From positions 103,788,001 through 103,852,000 of the forward strand of contig OZ241826.1 in NCBI GenBank assembly GCA_965202585.1: DNA of 64,000 nucleotides, given 5' to 3'. A model generated the notes under the pieces. It was given only the letters and a program-made list of their open reading frames with translations, did not search any database and was not told the origin of the DNA. The position numbers and the translations under genes were made by a program. This document shows, in pieces, positions 26,001 to 34,450 of this stretch. The stretch's first letter is position 1. Each line of letters begins with the position of its first letter. The stretch comes from Thalia democratica (lineage: Eukaryota).

Positions 26001-29000
26001 ATTAATTTATTATATCAACTGAAAACTTCTTATTTACAGAAGTTCCAGAAGATGAAGTGCAATAAAAACAGAGAAGTCGTACCTGTTGGCAGCTCGGCAG
26101 GGTCAAGCTCTCAAGGAGTGAAGGAGACACAACAACAACAACAAGGAGCTGGGATCCAACAACAAGGAGCTGGAGTTAAACAACAAGGAGCTGGAGTTAA
26201 ACAACAAGGAGCTGGAGTTAAACAACAAGGAGCTGGAGTTAAACCACAAGGAGCTGGAGTTAAACAGCAAGGAGCTGGGATCCAACCACAAGGAGCTGGA
26301 GTTAAAAAACAAGGAGCTGGAGTTAAACAACAAGGAGCTGGAGTTAAAAAACAAGGAGCTGGAGTTAAACCTCAAGGAGCTGGAGTTAAACAACAAGGAG
26401 CTGGAGTTAAACAACAAGGAGCTGGAGTTAAACCACAAGGAGCTGGAGTTAAACAGCAAGGAGCTGGGATCCAACCACAAGGAGCTGGAGTTAAAAAACA
26501 AGGAGCTGGAGTTAAACAACAAGGAGCTGGAGTTGAACCACAAGGAGCTGGAGTTAAACAACAAGGAGCTGGAGTTAAACTACAAGGAGGTGCAGGCAGA
26601 CCAGCAACACAAGGCAATGTAGGGCGCACCAGAAAAGGTAATAGTAGCAGAAACTGTTTATTGTGAATAAACTTTCTTTCCCGCTTTGTTGTTTGCTTTT
26701 TTATGTAACATGAAGTACTTGTTTTAATCTAGTATTTCTTAGAATAAGAAGCATATATAAATATAGTTTTAACAGGCATGTTTGTTTGTCAAATCAGGTC
26801 ATAGAAAAAATGTTTTAATTTTGAAAGACCCCCATAAAAATAACTAATTTATTTTATTTTACTAGACTTATTAAGGAGATAATATAAGTAGACTATTTAT
26901 CCATGCTAAATAAAAGTGCATTTAATTAAAAAACTTCATTTGCAAGTTTAAGTAAAATTAAAGTTTAACTAAAATCACAGTTTCCCTTTTCATGACTAAT
27001 CAAACTGAAACTATTCTTTTTGCCAGACCTAAAATTTTAGCTATTATGTCCATAGACGTCCAGTATTTTAAAATAACTTTAGCTCCTATCCATTATCTCC
27101 GGCATGTATATACTTAAATTAATCATATTTTGTTTCATAGACAAAATGACCCTATTTAATCACCAGATTCTAGTGCAGGTTTTTCCAAAACTATATTTTG
27201 TTTCTAATCAACCCTCGGAAAAGTTCAAAAATCATTCGACCTTGTTTATTGGATATTTATCTTTTAAGCTTACTACCCATTTCACTTTCAAAGCCTTAAT
27301 GCGCTTAACAGCTCAAAACTGCCCACAAAGACGATATTTCCCTATTTGGGTTGCCAGTCTCTAGTGGCTAAGTCCATATTACATGTCAAACTAGGTACTG
27401 TCGTAAAGTTGCACACAACTGCTCACCCTATCAAAGCAGTCAACTAAAGCATATGCGGAAGTCCAGAGAAAATGTTCCTGAACTTTTGTATGCCGTAAGA
27501 CAAGCTCAAGCTTACATAAGGTCATGTCATACCAACTCGATCAGACCACAGGTTTCACGGTTGTGGCTGACTGATGAGTCCTAATAAGGACGAAACTGGT
27601 CTCAGTTTTCAGAAGGCTTGTGGTCCGACGATCGAGTTGGTGTGATCTAGTTTTATGTTAATATGAGCTTTTCTCATGGCATACGAAATTTCATAAACTT
27701 TTTTCTGAATTTTCGCCCATGTATTAGTTGGCTGCTTCTGATAAGTGAGCATGCAACTTTACTGGCATCTTAGTTTCATATTCCAAGTGACACAAGAACT
27801 TGGTTACCCAAGGTATAAAATATCGTCTTTGTAGGCAATCTTGTACAATTGAGCGCCTTAACTAGCAAGGCTTCAAAAAATAAATTGGTAGTAAGCTTTA
27901 GAAAGATGATTGTCTAATAAACTAGAAATATGTTTTTTGCACTTTTTCCAAGGGCTGATTATTAAAAAAAAAGTTTTGGGAAACCCTGTGCTAGAATCTA
28001 GTGACTTCAATGAGCAAAATAATATAATATAAAATACTGTACTTACATAAACCACCAAAAACCACGCCGAAGATTATGGGTATGGCAAAAAATATTTTTG
28101 AATATTGATCATTTATGGACATAATAAATTTACGTCCTGCACAATTTATGGTTTCAGTTTAACTAGTCATGGAAAAGTTGACTGATTTTAGTGAAACTTT
28201 AATCGTAATAATTTATATAAATTATGGATAAATGCATGTGTGCAACTTCACTAGGTACTTAAATTCATGAATCAAGTATACACAAGAACCAAAGTGTGAA
28301 ATATCCAAAGTGTGAAGTATCGTCTTTGTATCCTATTTAAAGCATGTACATTATGTGCACAGTTAACAAAAACTGAGTTGCACCGTCATAGAGTTCAGTT
28401 ATAATTGAAAAATGTTTAAAAAATTAAAACTAGTGATTTGTTTATTACCATTTAGACCATAATAAATTTTCTGCCTAAAAAACAAATCCATCTTTTGTTG
28501 TTTAAGGCAAAAAGTAAACGAAAATAAATAAAGAATATTTTGTATTTCTTTCAGCAGGGAGACAACAAACAAAAACAATTCTTCCAATTCAACCGCTCTC
28601 CTACATGGAAAGAAGAAGTGAGTCCGCTTGAACTTGCTTTTTGTAAACGATGTACAAGTTAACTGAAACACTTGACGATGTAAAATAAAACTTTTGTTCA
28701 GGATTGTTTTTAACTTGAACAGGAATGGAAAAGCAAAAGGAGCAAGGAGAAAGAAGTGCTCGCAACAACAATAACAACAGAGGGGCAAGAAACGGAAGAA
28801 ATGGAAACAGGAACATGAACAACAACAACAACAGGAGAGGAGGGGGGCGACATAGGCCACGTATGTTGTTCATGATTAATTAAACTTATAATTATTATAA
28901 AGTTATTATAAGTGGGTTTGACTTGAGTTTAGACTGCTTGTCAAACAAACCAAGAGAACTTATCAAGATGTTAGGCATTTAAAATAGGTTAAGTAACAAG

Positions 29001-32000
29001 TAAAAAATAATAGCGTTTTAGTTATTAAACCCAGTCTTTGAACAAATTCGAAAACTTATCAAATACTTGATATAACTTCCCTTACAGGAAACAACCAAGG
29101 CCGGCCTCGTAGAGAAAAAGGTTTTGGGGAGAGGCTGGTGTACCTCAGGGAGGACTTCTACAGAAAGCCCGAAATGGCTGGGTGTCGCAGAACGTGGATT
29201 AACAAAGATCACAACTTAGAGAATCAAAATTTCTTTTTGAGAGCGAGCATCAGCCCGTGCCCCAGCACGACCGAGGGTTCAGTTGCAAGCGAGGGTGAGT
29301 GGAGAGATTTGCAAAAATATAGCAGTTTAACAAGTCATGCAAAATTCTACAAGCAATTTAAAATTATGACTTAGTTTAATAAAATACCGGGAATCCTATA
29401 AATAATTTTGATTATTTTTATATCAAATACGAGTTGAAAACTTTTTTTTGGCATTTATCATTATCATAATTATATTCTCGCATTTATTATCTTACACATG
29501 TAATGTATCAGTCTGTAGCGTTGATGTGCTCTATAACAACTTTTAGCTGTCAAATCTTAGTTAACTCATTTTTGTTTGTTTTTGTATAATCATTTATTGT
29601 AACCCTGAAATAGGCTCTAACAACAGTGCAAATAACCCACCTTGTGATGATCCAAAATAGAATTACAACATTAAGCTTAAATTTTATTATAATAAACTTA
29701 TAGGCTCTCTTGATAACCCCTTTTTGGACAATCCACCTTACCCCATTGATAATCCCGAAGAGGTCGTCACCACAGGTCCGTTCGCCGGCTTCACCAGAAA
29801 GAAAATCTACCTTGCTAACAGATTGTTAGTTTAATTTTTGTTTACAAACCTTGGAAAAGCCATATGTAAAAAAGTTATCACATAGTTTATTCAAAGTTTT
29901 AAAGTTTCGTTTTTATTAGTTGCTTTGAACAAACGTGATTAGCGAGAACACATGACAAATAAAAATTCTAATTTAATTAAGTATATTTTTTTACAGCGGC
30001 TTCTGGTTTAGCCACAGAAATTTGGAAGTTTTAGACAATCGACACTTGAAAAGCTTGGTAAGTTTTCAAAACGTCAACACATTAATCATTTACTAAAAAA
30101 CTGTTTCAAGCTTTGGATAAAAAATTATGACAAATAAGTTACACAATTGTTTTTATTAAATTTGCATAAAAGGGTATCTAATTTTATTATCTATAAGGTA
30201 TAATAATTTTACTTAATAGTTTCTTATCTACATACCATACTAAAAAATAGTTTTGTATAAGTAAATCTGTTTTATTTATTTCGAAACTATAACCATTTTG
30301 AGTGTTACTTGTTAAATTTTTCAATAGTCGCTACTTCAAAATAAATTAAATAACTGTAACATTACTAAACACAACTATAACAAAACTAAATACAAATATA
30401 ACATATTAAATACAGCTATTACATCATTGACTACAACTATGACATAACTATTAACAACTGTTAAACCGCCAATTACCTCTATGACATAACTAAATACACT
30501 TTTTAATTAACCAAATACAACTACGACAAAACAAATACAGCTCTTACGTCACTAACTACAACTATGCATAAATAAAAGCAACTGTCAAATAACTAAATAC
30601 AACTGTTACGTCACAGATGGATCCTGAAGGGTACGTTCAATTGAGCGAAATGATGCACTTCCACACCTTCACAACTCACAACATAACCCGTCGCGAAGTT
30701 GTAGAGGTAGTTTGAAATAGTTTGTACCTGGTTTAAAAGCTAATGACAACCATAAACTTTATAAAAAGGAATAAAAATAACTATGATGCTATGTTTTTAG
30801 ATTTAGTTTTTAATATAATTTTTATAAAAAGCTGATTTTTTAAGCTACCTTTTAATATTATCGTTTTAATGTTTTGTGTTAAAAAATATAGAAAAGTTTA
30901 CGTAACTTTACTATGATACTTTGTATAACTCCGTTATCTTCTATCAGCTTAGTTTAGTACTAGTTTCTAACAACTAAACGAATGTAGTTATTGCAATCGC
31001 GACTGCTACGTAACCGTGTTGATTTTGATTCTGTCAACGAAAGAGTGAGATGCATCTACAGGAACGGCATTAATTTCACACTAAACAACCATCAGTTGGA
31101 AGTTATATATAGGAAAAACATCACCACTGGTGAACAACTCATCACAGAGCCAATTTACGGTTTGATAGGGAAATAGCTTACAATATATAGTATTTAAAAT
31201 GCACTCTAAAACTTTTTGTAATTAATGTAATACTTAAAATTCAATTTAAAACGTTCTCGATTGTTTGATAATGTTTAGAAGTCAGTTATCCTGGTTGCAA
31301 GTTTTTTCTTTCAGTGGTTGACAGTAGATTGTAGGTTTATTGAGTTCAAGAAAAAGTAAACTAGATGAAGGTTTTTATTTATATATTTACAGGGAAAATC
31401 CAACCGTTCGTCGAAGGAGTTCAAGTGTACTGGGACGCTTATTATTGGCGTGGCGCAGTTTACTACTTGTCGGCCCATTTTCCCAACAATGGAAGATTAA
31501 GCCAATATGATGTCAGTTGGCTGTACGACGACCTACAGGATGATGCTGTTGAACAAGACCAGTTGAATGAAGAAGTTCTCGTTCAACGTGATATGGTTCA
31601 ACCAGAACAGACTGCTGGTTCTGATCAAGGTTTACTTGCCAGTTATGAGATATTAAAAGTTTTAAACAACAAAATATTTCAAGATATAACGTTAATTTTT
31701 ATTAGTGTTTTTGAATTTTAAACTTAAGTTACAAAAGTACAATATAATAATAAAGAAGTATCATAAGTTAATACTTGTTAATTTATCAAAAAACTTATAC
31801 CAACACATCAAAACATACTAAATTTTCAGTAGGCAATCTTCAAGAAAGTGGTGCACAGTCTCAAGCAACCAGCCAGCAAGATAAGGATACCCAACAAGAC
31901 CATGAGACCAAAGCTATGCAGGAGGTAAACGAGGATGAAGCTGAAAAAGCTAACCATGGTAAGAATATGTCAAGTACATAAAAGTAATTCATACCAACAA

Positions 32001-32614
32001 CTTTTAAATTGCTCATTTAATTTATCAATTAATAGTAATTAACGATTTTGAATTTTAAACTTAAGTTACAAAAGTTCAATATAATAATAAATAAGAGTCA
32101 TAAGTTAAAACTTTTTAATTAATTTTAAATCTTATACCAACACATCAAAGCATACTACGTTTTCAGTGGGCAATCTTCAAGAGAGTGGTGCACAGTCTCA
32201 AGCAACCAGCCAGCAAGATAAGGATCCCCAACAAGACCAGGAGACCAAAGCTATGCAGGTGGTAAACGAGGATGAAGCTGAAAATGCTACCCATGGTAAG
32301 AATATGTTAAGTGCATAGAAGTTATTCATATCTACAACTTTTAATTTGCTCATTTAATTACTAAACATAAGTGTGATCGTTTAGTCATGAAAACAACAAT
32401 TTCAGAGTGCAGCATGGGTGCAAGTGAAGAGCAGGAGGAGCAGCAGGATCAGGTGCAGAATGGTGCAAGTGAAGAGCAGGAGGAGCAGCAGGATCAGGTG
32501 CAGGATGGTGCAAGTGAAGAGCAGGAGGAGCAGCAGGATCAGATGCAGGATGGTGCAAGTGAAGAGCAGGAGGAGCAGCAGGATCAGGTGCAAGATGGTG
32601 CCAGTGAACAATAG
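23052..32614 (+). CDS. Gene A: divergent La-motif (LARP1-related) low-complexity protein, ~1186 aa, 17 coding exons: 23052-23967, 24083-24160, 24407-24459, 24868-25170, 25575-25634, 26040-26637, 28558-28617, 28723-28860, 29088-29294, 29704-29824, 29997-30057, 30617-30706, 30988-31159, 31393-31629, 31830-31958, 32167-32295, 32406-32614
   Basis: GC-richer exons with AG/GT boundaries splice to one open frame of 3561 nt (divisible by 3). It contains KIYLANRFGFWFSHRNLEVLDNRHLKSLMDPEGYVQLSEMMHF (La-motif pattern xxFSxxNLxxDxxLxxxMDxxGxV) and FVDAPLPTKSPW (compare LARP1 FVEAPPPKVNPW). Splice choices are manual; NAGNAG alternatives exist at 26040 and 28555/28558. Confidence 0.8.
26142..26586 (+). repeat. 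Coding 21-bp minisatellite, 21 copies of QGAG(V/I)(K/Q/E)x in gene A exon 6
   Basis: Unit CAAGGAGCTGGAGTTAAACAA; seen in ORF 25965-26666. Confidence 0.9.
26895..28233. repeat. Large imperfect inverted repeat (arms ~650 bp) inside gene A intron 6
   Basis: Nested exact reverse-complement blocks: 26895-26904/28224-28233, 26968-26977/28183-28192, 27043-27054/28114-28125, 27165-27173/27991-27999, 27266-27277/27887-27898, 27325-27339/27818-27832, 27403-27413/27752-27762, 27531-27542/27630-27641, 27544-27550/27619-27625. Confidence 0.9.
27565..27607 (+). ncRNA. Minimal type I hammerhead ribozyme; predicted cleavage after GTC at 27601
   Basis: Stem I GGCTGA(27565-70)/TCAGTT(27602-07); core CTGATGA (27571-77); stem II GTCC-TAATAA-GGAC; GAAA (27592-95); very short stem III AC-TG-GT followed by C. 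All invariant core nucleotides are present. Confidence 0.9.
31710..32370 (+). repeat. Tandem duplication (~337-bp unit) of a 129-nt exon with flanking intron
   Basis: TTGAATTTTAAACTTAAGTTACAAAAG at ~31711 and ~32048; exons VGNLQESGAQSQATSQQDKD(T/P)QQD(H/Q)ETKAMQ(E/V)VNEDEAE are near-identical. Confidence 0.9.
32416..32611 (+). repeat. Coding 45-bp repeat (GASEEQEEQQDQVQD, 4 copies plus a partial) ending gene A
   Basis: ORF 32387-32614 translation; unit GGTGCAAGTGAAGAGCAGGAGGAGCAGCAGGATCAGGTGCAGGAT. Confidence 0.9.
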
Positions 32615-33828
32615 GAGTCTACACTTCAAGGCAACCATGCTCCGGCTGCAGGAGACCAGCTCAAGAGTGACCAACTTTGCGCCGTGTCATTTTTACTATT
32701 CTACTCATTTTTTTCGTGTTGTTGTCAATTATTTTAAAGTTAGGCTATCTAGGGTTAGAACAGTTTTATAGGGTAAATTTCATTTTATTTTATTATGCCA
32801 AAGTTCAAGTATTTTTACTTACCTAGGTGAATGATAATTTTTTCCAGGGTAATTTTTCGCGCTGTTTGTCCATATGTTTATAGTTAATGTTTGCCTAGTC
32901 ATTTAGTTTTAGATAAATTTGGTAGACTAATAAACTCAACTGCGTTTAGTATTTTCGTTTTACATAATAGTTCAGGGGCTGAACATTTTAAGTAGAAATA
33001 ATAATAGTTAAACTAACAAACATTAAGAAAAATTAAAAAGGTTGAACAAATATTGTAAAAAAAGGTATTCTTGAAATTTGAAAATTGTGATTATTTAATG
33101 AAATTAATATTTTGCTGAATTATTTATTTTAACATTTGAAGAAAGTTTTATTGCTTAGTATTTACATCTTTACTCATAAAATATACATAAAACTTGTTTT
33201 TATAAATGAAATAGTCTTTAATAAATAAATAAATAAAATATTTTTGTTGCCAAAAAATTTTAATTTAAGTGTTTTTGATTAATAATTAGAATTTTGTTCT
33301 TAATAAAGAATCTATTGAGTGTCTTGAAATGATTTTAGAAAACGTCGTAAAATTTTAATAAATAACTAAAAAAAAAGAATAATAAAAGTTGTTGTATATT
33401 ATTATATATAAATTATTTATTATAGTAAAATTTAAGTTAACCATTTTTACGTGTACTAAAAAAGTATCATTATGTATAAGCTTCAAAAATGAATATTGAT
33501 ATATATATATAAACTTGTAGTTTTAGAAATTACTTAGTATATTGATAAATCATTACAATTTTACAAACTATTAAAAAATAGTTTTGTATCCTCTTACAAC
33601 TTTGTGAATGAAATTTTGTCCTGTATGTTAAAATTATTACAGACAAGCCAACAAGCTTACTATAGTTCTAGTAATTTGATAAAGACATTATGTACGGAGT
33701 ATAAATATTTTCTTGCAAATTCCCTGGATAGGTAACAATTTTAAAGAAAGTATTTTAATTGAACTTAGTACATTTCCAAAAAAGGCAGTGATTCATCCTT
33801 GAAAGTCTAATTAATACGGTGAGCAGTT

Positions 33829-34450
33829 TAGCTATTAAGCGCCACCTAGCAACTGTTTTGTATGAACAAAAATAGTTCCCTTTAAAATTAATACGCGCAT
33901 AATATTATGACACGTAGCTCGTCATGCATGAATGCACTCGTGACTCAACAGAAATAGAAAGCGCGCATAATTCAAGAAAGTTCTACCTAGCTATTTAGCG
34001 CCACTTAGTTACTGTTTTGTATGCACAAAAAATTGTTCCCTTTAAGATTCAACCGCGCAAAAATGATGAAACATAGCTCGTCAAGAATGAATGCACTCAT
34101 GATGCTATAGAAGTCGAAAGCGCGCATTATTCAAAAAATTTTTACCTAGCTATTAAGCGCCACGTAGTTACAAAAATAGTTCCCTTTAATATTCAACCGC
34201 GCACAAAATGATGAAACATAGCTCGTCATGAATGAATGCACTCATGACGCAATAGAAGTCGAAAGCGCGCAAAGTTCAAAAAAATTCTACCTAGCTATTA
34301 AGTGCCACATAATTACTGTTTTGTATGCACAAGAAATAGTTCCTTTTTAAAATTAATACGCGCACAATATTATGACACGTGGCTCGTCATGCATGATTGC
34401 ACTCTTGACGCAACAGAAGTCGAAAGCGCATTATTCAACAAAATTCTACC
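33829..34450. repeat. Four-copy tandem array of a ~159-bp CpG-rich unit
   Basis: TAGCTATT(A/T)AG(C/T)GCCAC at 33829, 33988, 34147, 34292; shared GCTCGTCA, ATGCACTC and GAAAGCGC blocks. Confidence 0.9.

Noticed and set aside
22941-26629. Antisense ORFs over gene A (22941-23354, 23411-23950, 24819-25028, 26103-26564, 26372-26629) and similar ones over gene B and the repeat tails
   Set aside because: Shadow frames of GC-richer or repetitive exons; composition mirrors the sense codons.
27043-27075. IMSIDVQYF in the foldback arm resembling the Penelope RT motif hhSFDVxSLFT
   Set aside because: The expected downstream QxxGxxMGS and YxDD motifs are absent at the right spacing, so the RT assignment is unsupported.
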